In this document: in pieces, positions 28,420 to 39,200 of the stretch
How positions within the stretch are numbered: position 1 is the stretch's first letter
Layout of the letters: each line of letters starts with the position of its first letter
From: an uncultured Candidatus Saccharibacteria bacterium
GTDB taxonomy: Bacteria; Patescibacteriota; Minisyncoccia; 2-02-FULL-40-12; GWA2-44-9
DNA length: 64,000 nucleotides
Assembly: GCA_964436165.1 (NCBI GenBank)
Contig: CAYTBY010000001.1
Location: 6,777-70,776, forward strand
Reading direction: 5' to 3'
Translations under genes and position numbers: made by a program
Notes under the pieces: generated by a model
Told to the model about the DNA's origin: nothing
Database searches by the model: none
The model's input: the letters and a program-made list of their open reading frames with translations, nothing else

Positions 28420-28929
28420 ATGGAGAGTAAGAAAACCATTGCTCAGATAAAAAAAGATTTGATAGCTTTACGCAAAAATAATCCTGGCAAAAAAATTGTT
28501 TTTTGTTCGGGAAGTTTCGATCTTCCTCATGCCGGACATGTTCTTTTTTTTGAAGAGTGTAAAAAACTAGGCGATATTTTGGTAGTCGATTTAGGCAGTG
28601 ACAAGTCTTTGAGATTGACGAAAACGCCCGATCGCCCGATTCTTAATGAGCATGTGAGATTTAAAGTCGTTTCTTCTTTGAAGCCGGTTGATTATTGTTT
28701 TGTGGATAGAACAAAAAACGGACATAAAGTAAGTTCACTTATTTACTACTTCAAAACTTTAAAACCTGATATTTACGTTAACAATACAGATGCCAAGCGA
28801 TTAACTGAGGGCCAGGAAGTGGCTAGGAAAAACGGAGTAAAAATGGTTGTTTTGGACCGGACATGTCCCCCGGAGTTTATATCTATTTCTACCACTAAGA
28901 TTATTGAAAAAATTAAAAATCTCAATTAA
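28420..28929 (+). CDS. Cytidylyltransferase-family nucleotidyltransferase, HxGH class (paralog 2)
   Basis: CSGSFDLPHAGHV and ISTTKI, a paralog of 26574..27071. Confidence 0.6.
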   Translation: MESKKTIAQIKKDLIALRKNNPGKKIVFCSGSFDLPHAGHVLFFEECKKLGDILVVDLGSDKSLRLTKTPDRPILNEHVRFKVVSSLKPVDYCFVDRTKNGHKVSSLIYYFKTLKPDIYVNNTDAKRLTEGQEVARKNGVKMVVLDRTCPPEFISISTTKIIEKIKNLN

Positions 28930-28931
28930 AA

Positions 28932-28955
28932 ATCCCGCTTGTGGCGGGTTTTAAT
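28932..28955. terminator. Bidirectional terminator
   Basis: CCCGC-ttgtg-GCGGG followed by TTTT. Confidence 0.45.
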
Positions 28956-29538
28956 GTTTGTGCTCAATATATGAAGCGCCTTTTCTGTCTCTATCTGATA
29001 AAATCGGATCAGTGGTTGGCCAGCTGATATTAAATCTCGGGTCGTTCCATTTAACTACATTTTGGATTTCAGGGCCTGAATAATATTGGGATTGATTATA
29101 ATGGAAAAGGATCTGATCGCTTAGAGCCAGGTGGCCGTTACAGTGCCTGGGCGGGACTAATATTTGTAGGCCATTCTCGGCCGATAAAATAAATGACTCC
29201 CATTTGCCGAAGTGTTCCGAAGCCGGATTATAATTCAGGACTACTAAGTAAAATTCTCCCAAAAGGCAAGTTATCAATTTCCAGGTTCTAGAATCGCCGT
29301 GCAGTCCGCGTAGGGCATTTTTTATTGAAAAAGAAGCAGTTTGTTCGCCATCCTCGAAGTCTATAGTGATTCCATTGGCGAAGTAGACTCTTTTGCTATA
29401 AAGTTCCGCATAGTAGCCACGATGATCTTTGGTTACTTTTCTTTTTATTTTTAATACTCCTGGTAGAGTAGTCTCTTGAACTGTAATGTTTTTAGCTAAT
29501 TCCTCATCATTCGGTCCAAGCTGGTATTTATTAACCAC
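28951..29538 (-). CDS. RmlC-like cupin, NDP-4-keto-6-deoxy-sugar 3,5-epimerase family
   Basis: The conserved RGLH motif is present, followed by ...KLITCLLGEFYLVVLNY. Cupin-sized (195 aa). Equivalent to DdahB/MlghB-type epimerases in 6-deoxyheptose pathways. Confidence 0.6.
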   Translation of the reverse strand: MVNKYQLGPNDEELAKNITVQETTLPGVLKIKRKVTKDHRGYYAELYSKRVYFANGITIDFEDGEQTASFSIKNALRGLHGDSRTWKLITCLLGEFYLVVLNYNPASEHFGKWESFILSAENGLQILVPPRHCNGHLALSDQILFHYNQSQYYSGPEIQNVVKWNDPRFNISWPTTDPILSDRDRKGASYIEHKH

Positions 29539-29627
29539 CAGAGCCCCCCATATTTATTAAAAGACTAAAAACACAATACAATATTTTAGTTGAGTTTGTC
29601 AAAAATCTTAGAAGGATCGGTCATCGG

Positions 29628-30611
29628 TCACATGTTGTAATAAATCACCTGGCTGCCCTGATTCTCAAATTTAAATGGAACATGAAGAAGTCTTTTTAAT
29701 TTTTCTTTGATCCGAGGTTGAATTTCGGGCGGGGCAAAAAATAATATAAATCCTCCTCCTCCAGCCCCCAACAACTTACCGCCAAGAGCGCCAGCTTTGA
29801 TGGCCGTGTCGTAAATTGCATCAATTCTGGGATTGCTTATTTTACTGGACAATTTTTTCTTATATTCCCAGCTTGTTTTTAGAAGTTTGCCAAAATCTTC
29901 AATGGGCTTTTCATCTTTAATAATTGAAAAACCTTCGCTAGCTATGGCGGTCATGATTTTTAGTTCTTCGTTGGTCTTTTTTATGTTTTTTATCTGTATT
30001 TTAGCGATCTCTGAAGCGTTGCGAGACAAGCCGGTAAAAAATAGCATACAATGGTCCTGAAGCAGGTTCAGGTGTTCTGGACGCATTATTATCGGTTGAA
30101 TGGAAATATGATGTGAGCCGCCGAAATCTATTTTATTAAAACCGCCGAAAGCTGCTGCTGTCTGGTCTTGCGAGCCGACATTTTCTTTGATCATATTCTG
30201 CTCAATGTGAATAGCTTCAAGCGCCAATTCTTTCTTGCTTTTCATTATGCCCTTTAGGCCATACAGGGCATTTATAAGTCCAACCGTAAATGACGAGCTA
30301 GAGCCTAGGCCTGATCTGGCCGGCAGATCGCCGTCATGATGGATTTCTAGTCCGTGGTCTATATTAATGAATCGGAGACATTCTCTGACCGAAGGGTGGT
30401 CAATTTTATTTATATCTTTGACATTCTCTGATTGAGAATAAACAATACGGTGTTTGTATTTAAAAAACGGCGGCAAAGGACGGCAAGTTATGTAGCAGTA
30501 TTTATCTATGGTCGTAGATAAAACAGTCCCGCCGTTCTCTTTGTACCAGCCGGGGTAATCGGTTCCTCCGCCGAAAAACGATATTCTAAAAGGTGTTCTG
30601 GTGATAATCAT
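29628..30611 (-). CDS. GHMP kinase, D-glycero-D-manno-heptose 7-phosphate kinase (HddA)-like
   Basis: GHMP ATP motif LPARSGLGSSSSF. N-terminus MIITRTPFRISFFGGGTDYP is typical of HddA and fucokinase. Confidence 0.7.
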   Translation of the reverse strand: MIITRTPFRISFFGGGTDYPGWYKENGGTVLSTTIDKYCYITCRPLPPFFKYKHRIVYSQSENVKDINKIDHPSVRECLRFINIDHGLEIHHDGDLPARSGLGSSSSFTVGLINALYGLKGIMKSKKELALEAIHIEQNMIKENVGSQDQTAAAFGGFNKIDFGGSHHISIQPIIMRPEHLNLLQDHCMLFFTGLSRNASEIAKIQIKNIKKTNEELKIMTAIASEGFSIIKDEKPIEDFGKLLKTSWEYKKKLSSKISNPRIDAIYDTAIKAGALGGKLLGAGGGGFILFFAPPEIQPRIKEKLKRLLHVPFKFENQGSQVIYYNM

Positions 30612-30665
30612 TGATAGGTTTTAGGTATTTAGCTTTTAGGTGTTAGAATCCTAAGAAGTTAAAAC

Positions 30666-32639
30666 CTAATTCTCTAAATTCCTTGTATTTAATAGCCAAG
30701 CATATCCTCGCCAGCGGTCTTTTTTTGTGATTTCATGTAAAATCAAATCTCGGAAACCGGTTACTTCGCTTTCCACTGGCCAAATATTGCTAGTTCCCAT
30801 AGTTTTAAATTTAGCCGTGGCTATTTTCTCCATATCCCTTGTTTCCAGTAATTTATTTAGGACAGGGTCCTTGGTATAATCTCCGCCTTCGATTGCTTCC
30901 ATCTCCGTGTTCATATAAAGCGATTTACTGCTTGTACAAGGAATCACTATCCATCCGTTTTTAACATCAGCTATGCTGTTAATATAGTGCACAATATAGG
31001 GCGGCGCCATATCTTTGGGGGGCAGATAATCTGATTTTCCTATGCCATGAATTGCTTCTATGAAAGATTTATTATAGTTGGTGTTGTAAGTGTAAAATTC
31101 TTTTATTCCAAGGCGATCCAATGTGTTTATTAAGTTAGTCACGCTCATTCTTGCTGGATAAACATCTGAAAAAAATTTCCATAAATTCCAAACAAGAGCG
31201 ACCAAAATCAGGACTATAAAAATTGGGACACTCTTATCATAGAAAAATAATTGAATTAAATACGCACCACTACCGATAGCCAAAAAAATACCCACCAGTC
31301 CCGGAGAATATGTTCTGGAAAGCTGGGGAGCCTTGGTTATTTCTGCCCAAATAACAGGTGATAAGGAAAACAACAAAATTAAAACCATGCCCACTTCATT
31401 GAAAATTAAATTACCTTGCAAGAAAAAGGGAGAGACAATTAGGCCAATGGCAGAGGCTGTGAATATTATAGTATGAACGGGGACCATCCTAAAAAATACT
31501 TTTGGCAACCAAATTAACCCCGCTCCTTGGGTATAGCGAGTAACGGTCAAACCTTTCTTTGCGAAATAATCAACATATAGCCTGAAGTGTGATTTTTTTC
31601 TGATTTGAGTCTCCAGCAAAAATGCAAAGAAATATTTAAAACTTTTTTTAATATCCGGCAAGGTTAAAGTTAAAAAGCCGATAATGAATCCAATTAAAAT
31701 TAGTAAAAGATATCCCCAGCTGATCAGATTAACTAACAGTAATAAGGCGACAGTAGCATAAAGACCCCAGACAGTTAGTTGTTTGACTCTTTTGCGGGCA
31801 TGCTCTAAGTAGAAGTCTAAAGAAAATTTATCTCTCCCGCGGATTAGTTTATTTAGGAATCTTGGCGCTGTCTGATAGTATATTGAGGCAACTATTTTTT
31901 TATGGACAAGCCATAGAAAAACTATCGTTAAGCCGTATAAAATTAGCATTGTCATGTTAAATAATACCAATTGATTATTCCAGATTTGAGTATAAATATT
32001 ATCAAAAGCATTATTGGCGATTATTGTTCGGTGGCTTGAATAAAAAACAGCAGTAAAGAAGAGAGGTGTATATTTAATTGTTGAGGCAGAGGCAAATTGG
32101 GCAAAACAAAATATTATTCCTGCCCCGATTAGCCAGATGGCCGATTCCGGCCAACCGCCATTTGCTTGTTGTATAAACAGAACAGATAAGAGAAAAAGCA
32201 TGGTGGCTACATTGGCATGGCCTCCATAAAGAGCAACTTGCCAGCTCCATAGGGAAGTCAAGAATAGTATTCCTAGAAATAAAGCGATGGCAGGGTTCCA
32301 ATATCCAAGTGCGATAAGAAATATTAAAAATGAAGAAAAAGCGGTGGATATGCCGCCCAGGGCAGTATATGGATAATCTCCGGTTTTATTGCGAAATATT
32401 TTCTGAAAGACAGCCATCAGTATAATAGTCATATCTTTCATGCCAGTTTTTCCAAGGCCCATTTTATGTAAATCTGAAAACCATCGCCATCTTGAAGACG
32501 TCGCCGCGGCATAAGCCATTAGTTCGTTGTCGGTATTGGGACCATTGAATTGCACCCCGCGGACCAGGAACATAAAAATCAACGCTGCCATAGATGAAGA
32601 CAGGGCCATAAATATTATGCTGGTGATTGGATCTGACAT
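30666..32639 (-). CDS. Large polytopic membrane protein (657 aa) with a C-terminal soluble domain; putative glycan polymerase or GT-C-like transferase
   Basis: More than 12 hydrophobic segments. No diagnostic motif recognised. Confidence 0.3.
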   Translation of the reverse strand: MSDPITSIIFMALSSSMAALIFMFLVRGVQFNGPNTDNELMAYAAATSSRWRWFSDLHKMGLGKTGMKDMTIILMAVFQKIFRNKTGDYPYTALGGISTAFSSFLIFLIALGYWNPAIALFLGILFLTSLWSWQVALYGGHANVATMLFLLSVLFIQQANGGWPESAIWLIGAGIIFCFAQFASASTIKYTPLFFTAVFYSSHRTIIANNAFDNIYTQIWNNQLVLFNMTMLILYGLTIVFLWLVHKKIVASIYYQTAPRFLNKLIRGRDKFSLDFYLEHARKRVKQLTVWGLYATVALLLLVNLISWGYLLLILIGFIIGFLTLTLPDIKKSFKYFFAFLLETQIRKKSHFRLYVDYFAKKGLTVTRYTQGAGLIWLPKVFFRMVPVHTIIFTASAIGLIVSPFFLQGNLIFNEVGMVLILLFSLSPVIWAEITKAPQLSRTYSPGLVGIFLAIGSGAYLIQLFFYDKSVPIFIVLILVALVWNLWKFFSDVYPARMSVTNLINTLDRLGIKEFYTYNTNYNKSFIEAIHGIGKSDYLPPKDMAPPYIVHYINSIADVKNGWIVIPCTSSKSLYMNTEMEAIEGGDYTKDPVLNKLLETRDMEKIATAKFKTMGTSNIWPVESEVTGFRDLILHEITKKDRWRGYAWLLNTRNLEN

Positions 32640-34441
32640 TAGCGTATGTTATAAACTTTATAGAAATACGAGTCTTTATTTTTAAGCAGTTCTGCGGGTG
32701 ATCCTTGTTCTGTAACTGTACCACCGTTCATGACTATCAGGCGGTCTGAGCTTGTTACAGTTGAAAGGCGATGGGCAATAGCAATGACCGTAAGAGAGCG
32801 CTTTAATTCATCTATGGATTTTTGAATATGAACTTCTGATTCGTTATCTAAGGCGCTGGTAGCTTCATCTAGGATTAATATCTCCGGTTTTCTTAATAAG
32901 ACTCTTGCGAGGATGATTCTTTGGCGTTGACCGGCTGAAAGCTTAACACCATTTTCACCCACAAGCGTTTGGAATTTATCGGGAAGTTCGTTTATAAAAT
33001 CATAAGCTTGACTGATTTTGGCGGCTTCTGCTATCTCTTTTTTGGTAGCCATATCATTGTAAAATCTGATGTTGTTTTCTACCGTATCATTCAGTAAAAA
33101 TATCTCTTGCGAGACGTAGCCAACTTTACTGCGCCACTGAAATAAATCTATTCTTGAGATAGGCTTACCGTCGATAAGAATTTCTCCAGCTCCTAATTCA
33201 AATAGCCTTAGAAGGATATCAACCAACGTAGTTTTACCGACTCCGGATGGCCCGATTATGCCTATCATTTCACCGCGCTTTAATGAAAAGCTAAGATTAT
33301 TGAGGACTTTTACGTCATTGTTGTAGCCGAAAGTGATATTGTTAATTTCAAGTTTGTCTTTAAACTCAAATGATAAAATACCGGTATTGATTTCTTGGTG
33401 GCGGTCAGCCTCTTTTTCATAGTCTGAGATCACTTGCAGATATGGCAAAGCCTCATTGACGCCATTTAGTTGGGTGTGCATCGCCTGACTAAATGCAAGT
33501 ATTTTTTGAATTAAATATATTGTTGCAGCAAATGAAGCGATATTAAATTCTGTATTATAGAGATATTCAAATGCAAAAAGGCCTGAAATATAAAATAGTC
33601 CGACAGGTTCAATAAATGAACCAGGCGCTCGGTTGTAGGCCGCTATTTTGAGTCGTATCTGACGCAATTTTGCAAGGTATGAGTTGGTATGATCAATAAT
33701 CTGATCTTCTGTGGCGGTTACTTTAACTGTTTTTGAACCCAGGGCATGCTGACTGATATGATGATTTAAGCTTCTGTTAACACCAGATAATTTATGAGCC
33801 TCTTCTCTAATCCCGTACATCAGAGGCTTTACAAAAAGAAAGATTATTAAACTTACTACTAAGGTTAATATTGTCAGAGAGAGCGAGATATTAATTGCTA
33901 CGATCGTATATGCAATAAGACTCGTTAGAGTCATGATCATCGCATTGATAGTACCAAGAATTCCCGAACACGCATTAACGTCATACATTAATATTGATTC
34001 AAGGTGGCCGGTTTTTTGCTCCATCAGATAGGGCCAGTCTGCTTTTAAGGTCTTTTCGAACAATTCACTGCGCTTTTTCATCTCGTAGTCAGCGGAGACT
34101 TTTTCGTTGTAATAAAATGCACAATAAGTGATGATGCCTTTAAGAATAAACAAAACTAGCACTAAGCCTAGAACATAGAAAAGATTATAGGGTATATGAA
34201 AGAAAGCTAAACCATCTTGTATAAACTTAGATATACTATCCAACTCCTTAATGTTTACTCCTCCTCGACTTCCGACTAGGGCAAACAGGGGAATGACTGC
34301 TCCGATTCCAATACCACCGAATAAACCAGTTATGAACCCCAGGATTGTGGTAACGATAAATCTTCTGCGATAATACCAGAATGATGTCCGGATGATCTTT
34401 AGAGTATTTGTAATTTTTTGGGCGTCGATTAATGCGGGCAT
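32639..34441 (-). CDS. ABC transporter, fused permease/ATPase exporter (type I, MsbA-like)
   Basis: Walker A GPSGVGKTT, ABC signature LSAGQRQR, and Walker B ILILDEATSALD. The N-terminal domain has 6 TM helices. Confidence 0.85.
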   Translation of the reverse strand: MPALIDAQKITNTLKIIRTSFWYYRRRFIVTTILGFITGLFGGIGIGAVIPLFALVGSRGGVNIKELDSISKFIQDGLAFFHIPYNLFYVLGLVLVLFILKGIITYCAFYYNEKVSADYEMKKRSELFEKTLKADWPYLMEQKTGHLESILMYDVNACSGILGTINAMIMTLTSLIAYTIVAINISLSLTILTLVVSLIIFLFVKPLMYGIREEAHKLSGVNRSLNHHISQHALGSKTVKVTATEDQIIDHTNSYLAKLRQIRLKIAAYNRAPGSFIEPVGLFYISGLFAFEYLYNTEFNIASFAATIYLIQKILAFSQAMHTQLNGVNEALPYLQVISDYEKEADRHQEINTGILSFEFKDKLEINNITFGYNNDVKVLNNLSFSLKRGEMIGIIGPSGVGKTTLVDILLRLFELGAGEILIDGKPISRIDLFQWRSKVGYVSQEIFLLNDTVENNIRFYNDMATKKEIAEAAKISQAYDFINELPDKFQTLVGENGVKLSAGQRQRIILARVLLRKPEILILDEATSALDNESEVHIQKSIDELKRSLTVIAIAHRLSTVTSSDRLIVMNGGTVTEQGSPAELLKNKDSYFYKVYNIR

Positions 34442-34443
34442 TT

Positions 34444-34689
34444 TTACCAGTGTTTTATTCGTGATTTTATTTTTTTCTTCAGGTCTGAGTAGGCTCTAAC
34501 TGCCCTTCTTTCCATGCGGGGAGAGACTAATCTTAGCAGTTCTTTCCCCAGGACTCTATATTGACCGCCGACCTTATTAGCTCTAATCAAACCCTTTTTC
34601 AGGAGTCGTTTCAGGGTGCTGTTTGATATTTTTAGAAGTAACCTGGCTTCGTTAGTTGTGTAAACTTCGTTCGGATTTATATCTGGCAT
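34444..34689 (-). CDS. Small helix-turn-helix DNA-binding protein (excisionase/MerR-like HTH)
   Basis: LLKISNSTLKRLLKKGLIRANKVGGQYRV is an HTH pattern. 81 aa. Sits just downstream of the tandem repeat array. Confidence 0.45.
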   Translation of the reverse strand: MPDINPNEVYTTNEARLLLKISNSTLKRLLKKGLIRANKVGGQYRVLGKELLRLVSPRMERRAVRAYSDLKKKIKSRIKHW

Positions 34690-34696
34690 TCTCTAA

Positions 34697-34726
34697 ACGT
34701 ATCAAAAAGTGTCAAAAGGTGTCAAA
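34697..34726 (-). promoter_or_regulatory. Three tandem 10-bp direct repeats (acgtatcaaa / aagtgtcaaa / aggtgtcaaa), the same motif as at 4571..4610
   Basis: Read directly from the sequence. On the minus strand they read TTTGACAC / TTTGATAC. Confidence 0.45.
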
Positions 34727-34741
34727 TAAAGTAATAAACAT

Positions 34742-35323
34742 TTAGACATGATTTTTGAAAGCATTATCTATCAGTGAACATAACTCATGAATCATCATTA
34801 TGTGGGCTTCCTGAATATGCTGGGTATTATGAGAGGGTACAACCAGCTTAAGGTCGCATAAATTACTCATTTGTCCGCCGTCTTTACCCAATAACCCGAC
34901 TGTCATCAACCCATTCTTTTTCGCGATGTTCAGGGCATTAATTAAATTAAGGGAATTACCGCTTGTGGAAATGCCGACGAATATATCGCCGTATTTGCCA
35001 AGACCCTCGATTTGTCTCGAAAAAACATAGTCATAGCCGAAATCATTGCCGATAGCGGTAATTATGGATGAATTCGTTGTTAGGGCGATGGCTGGCAGGC
35101 CTTTGCGTTTATGGATAAATTGTCCAGCCAGCTCTGCGGCAAAATGCTGGGTATCGGCCGCTGAACCGCCGTTGCCGGCGATTAAAATCTTTCGGCCCAT
35201 CTTTAGGGCAGTTATCATCCGGCTGGCAATTTTCTCAATTTCAAGTAAAAATTCCTTGTCTGATGCGATTTTAAGCTTAGTTTCTATTGATTCGAGAATT
35301 GATTTTTTAATATCCCTTATCAT
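34742..35323 (-). CDS. gmhA: D-sedoheptulose 7-phosphate isomerase (SIS domain)
   Basis: [24 protein letters not shown], and the HELC motif of the GmhA family. Confidence 0.8.
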   Translation of the reverse strand: MIRDIKKSILESIETKLKIASDKEFLLEIEKIASRMITALKMGRKILIAGNGGSAADTQHFAAELAGQFIHKRKGLPAIALTTNSSIITAIGNDFGYDYVFSRQIEGLGKYGDIFVGISTSGNSLNLINALNIAKKNGLMTVGLLGKDGGQMSNLCDLKLVVPSHNTQHIQEAHIMMIHELCSLIDNAFKNHV

Positions 35324-36290
35324 TTAAATACCGGTCAATTGTTTTTTTGAGGCCATTTTCAAAATCAGTAGTGGCTTTAAAGCCGAATTCTTTTTTGGCT
35401 AAAGTTGCGTCAACCATGCGCCTTGGTTGGCCATCGGGTTTTGATTTATCCCAGTGGATTTCACCCCTAAAATTCATAAGTCTGCAAATTATCTTTACGA
35501 GATCGCGTATTTTTATTTCTCTGTTTGCTCCTAAGTTAACCGGATCTGGTTTGTCGTATTTTTCTGTGGCTAAAATTATGCCTTCAGCGCAATCGTCCAC
35601 ATAGAGAAATTCTCTGGAAGCTGTGCCTGTTCCCCAGACGTCTATGTATTTCTTTTCCGCTTTTTGGGCATCAGCCACTTTTTTTATAAGTGCCGGAATG
35701 ACATGGGAAGTTTCAGGATTGAAATTATCACCTGGGCCGTAGAGATTTACCGGCAGAAGGTAAATCGCATTGAAATTGTACTGCTGGCGATAGGCTTGAG
35801 CTTGGACGAGGAGCATTTTTTTAGCAAGTCCGTAAGGGGCATTTGTTTCCTCCGGATAGCCGTGCCAGAGAGTTGTTTCGGCAAAGGGGACTGACGTGTG
35901 CTTGGGGTAGGCACAAATGGTTCCAATAGCGACGAATTTTTTTACTCCAGCTTGGCGGGCCGTCTCCATTAATTGAGAACCCATCATTAGATTGTCGTAA
36001 AACATTTGACCGGGAATCTTTTGGTTATATCCTATTCCGCCAACAACAGCGGCAAGATGAATTATAATGTCCTGGTTTTTTACAACTTTTTGACAGTTTT
36101 CCCACTTAGTCAGGTCATAATCCTTAGAGCGGGGGACTGATATATTTTTTTTGGGCACTCCCCGTTCCAACAATTTTTTCACCACAAAAGAGCCAAGAAA
36201 CCCGGCTCCACCGGTAACGAGAATTTTTCTAGTGCTGAGATTTACCAAAGCACTAGCCCTGAGCTTTGTCGAAGGGTTTGCGGAGTTCAT
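35307..36290 (-). CDS. GDP-L-fucose synthase family 3,5-epimerase/4-reductase (Fcl/WcaG-like); could act on a GDP-4-keto-6-deoxy-hexose or -heptose
   Basis: Motifs [29 protein letters not shown] and KPDGQPR, colinear with E. coli Fcl from memory. Confidence 0.75.
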   Translation of the reverse strand: MNSANPSTKLRASALVNLSTRKILVTGGAGFLGSFVVKKLLERGVPKKNISVPRSKDYDLTKWENCQKVVKNQDIIIHLAAVVGGIGYNQKIPGQMFYDNLMMGSQLMETARQAGVKKFVAIGTICAYPKHTSVPFAETTLWHGYPEETNAPYGLAKKMLLVQAQAYRQQYNFNAIYLLPVNLYGPGDNFNPETSHVIPALIKKVADAQKAEKKYIDVWGTGTASREFLYVDDCAEGIILATEKYDKPDPVNLGANREIKIRDLVKIICRLMNFRGEIHWDKSKPDGQPRRMVDATLAKKEFGFKATTDFENGLKKTIDRYLNDKGY

Positions 36291-36298
36291 TTAAATTT

Positions 36299-39200
36299 TT
36301 ATTTTTTCTCGTTTATGTCTGCCCAGACCATTATTTTAACGAGATCTTTAAATTTTGTCTTTGGTTGCCAACCGAGCATTTTTTTAGCTTTTGAGGAGTC
36401 GGCAATGAGATGATGGACTTCAGCCGGGCGGTAATAGCGGGGGTCTATCTCGACATATTTTTTGTAGTCGCCAAGGCCGGCTTCTTGAAAGGCAAGTTGT
36501 ACGAACTCGCGAACGGTATGGGTTTCTCCGGTGCCGATGACATAGTCATCCGGCTTTGGCTGCTGCATCATCAGCCACATAGCTTCGCAAAACTCCGGGG
36601 CATAACCCCAGTCGCGTCTAGCGTCAAGATTACCGAGGTATAATTTTTTATCCAGACCGGCTTTTATTCTGGCAATTCCTCTTGTAATTTTTCTGGTAAC
36701 AAATGTCTCACCGCGGCGGGGGCTGTTATGTATCCAAGTAAGACCTATGCCCGCAGAGAAAGTATTGCTCTCGGTTTCTAAGTCAAATAGCCAGCCGGTA
36801 TAGCCATGATTTTTTATTAGTTTAATCTCTGTCAGTTCTCTTTGCAGGTGTTTGCCTTTTCCGGTTTTTTGGTTCGAATTTATATTAAGGTGGTAATAAA
36901 GATAATTTTTTCTAAATTCCGGATGTAGGGTCATTCTTAGTTCTAGTGTATTTTTAACTAAATACCACAAACTTGCTGCTAACACGGAAGAGTTTGTGGT
37001 AAATGATTTAAATTCTGTCTTTTGATGACCGCCCCTAAGTCCATCACAGGAGTTATAGCCACTTAGAAACGCCAGGACCACCTCGTGGTTAGAATTTAAG
37101 ATGCGCTTAGGAACTCTTTTGAATAATTTTTGAGTGTAAATTTCTTTCCATATAAAACGCAAGTAATCCGCATTTCCTCTTAGCTCTGTCGATTTAATTT
37201 TATTAGCAGGGTTAAATCCGCTTGGATGATCATCTTCCCGACTACTTCCTCCGCTAACCTTTTGCCACAAATCAGCAAACCTCCTTCTTAAATTATCAGT
37301 ATTATTTATAAATCGTCCTTTCCCGTCACTGCTTATATAGCCATCAGCAACTAACATTCCCAATAATTCTGCCTCCTCTAATGTAGTAATTGTAATTCTT
37401 TGTAAGGGCGGAAGAGTTTTTAATTCTAAATTATCCCCTGGCTTTAAATTGCCTGTTTTTATTTCAGTAGCTCCTTTTAAAAATGATATATGATCTTCTG
37501 TGGCCTCATAATATCCTCCTCTACATATTACTCGCTTAATTTTTTTGTCTTTTGATGAGCCGTATTCATTCCAGGTGGCAGTCAAGGTTTTAATTTTTGA
37601 CCACTTATCTCCATCCCAAATTTCTACACCCCCGTTGCCCATAGTAATATACTTTTTTCCTTTTGTTGGATCCTCTCGATGGGGCACTATCTCTTCAATA
37701 GGAAGAATATCAATTAAGCCACCCCTTCTGATTATTACTGGTGTTTGCGCCGTGATACATTCGTGATTGAACAAAATTCCGTTAACGGCAAAAATTCCAT
37801 AGGCTTCGCGGTAGAGATTGGTCATGTTATAGGCGAAAAGCTTTGCCGCTCCGTATGGGCTCTGGGGATTGAAGGGTGTTTTCTCATTTTGGGGCGGGGG
37901 AGACGAACCGAACATTTCGGAACTTGAGGCTTGGTAAAATTTAACTTTTTTACTCGCCAAGCCGGAGCCTTTGGCGTAGCGCTGGCCCATATCTTCTTGG
38001 AAATCTCTTATTGCTTCAAGAACCCGCAGAGCTCCATTGCCGGTGATATCCATTGTATATTCTGGAATCTCAAAAGAAACCTTTACGTGGGAATTATGAA
38101 CTACTATATTGCCGACGCCTACAGCGAAATTATGTACTTCAGCCACGGTTATATCATAAACCCAGCCGTTATAATCTATCCATTCTAATTTTTTACTATT
38201 TCCTTGATTTGGCTGGTATGTAGTGCATTCTCTAAAATGCCAAACCGAATGATAGCCTGTGTTTTTATTATTTTCCTCGTTAACGGTATAGTCGTAGTTC
38301 AACAGCGTGAACAACAAACTTAATTGACATGCAAGTTTATATGAATTAGTTGTATACCTAAAGCCGGTACCAGGATTTATACATCCATCGCCTTCGCACA
38401 TTTTTTCCCAAATTTCTTCTAAAAATTTAGCCTCAATCTGAGAGAACCAATAGGGAAGCTGTTTTGTTTTAGAGTTTTCTCCCAGTAATTTTCGAAGTAG
38501 ATTATACAATGCCCTTGATTTTATTTGTAGCTCCCAAACATCTTTATAATTGTCTTTTTTATGCTTGACATACCAACAACTGCCAACATAAAATTTTTTA
38601 AGATCTGATTCAAGGCTTTTAAGCCACTCTTTATTATTTGAGCTTATACCGACATACCAATTTTTATTTGCTTTATTAAAACTTGTATGACCTTCTGCAA
38701 TAAATGCCCCTGTAAATCTACAGAAAGATTTTAACGTATCTCCTTTAACTTTTCTTAAAACCTTGCTGATTAAGCCGTGCTCATCTAGCCAGAAGTATTT
38801 ATTATCAAATTTATAAACCCCGTCTAGTTTTAAAGAAATAGATTTTCTATACCTATTCGGTTTATAATTGAGTTTTCTGATGTTTAATAACCATGGATTT
38901 TCAGATGGACGACAAATTTTTCCAGTTACATCAATTACAGAATGATTAGGCGTTACAGTTACTGATCCAAATTTTTGAGATAATTTTGCGACTTTGCCGC
39001 TCCACCTATGTCTAGATATTTGTTTTATTGGGAAAAACGTTCCCATTCCATTCCACATTCCCAAAGCCCTAAGCTGAGTATTGTTTGATAAATCAATAAC
39101 TTCAACATTAGTATCATCCATTTTCTCTACTCTAACTTTACCCCTCTTTTTTACCTGTTCGCTCCACAAGTCTTCTAATGTTCTATATTCAAGTTTTTGT

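Noticed and set aside
32074-32724. Minus-strand ORFs 32074..32301 and 32464..32724
   Set aside because: Nested in alternative frames of the 657-aa membrane protein and ABC exporter genes, with no independent support.
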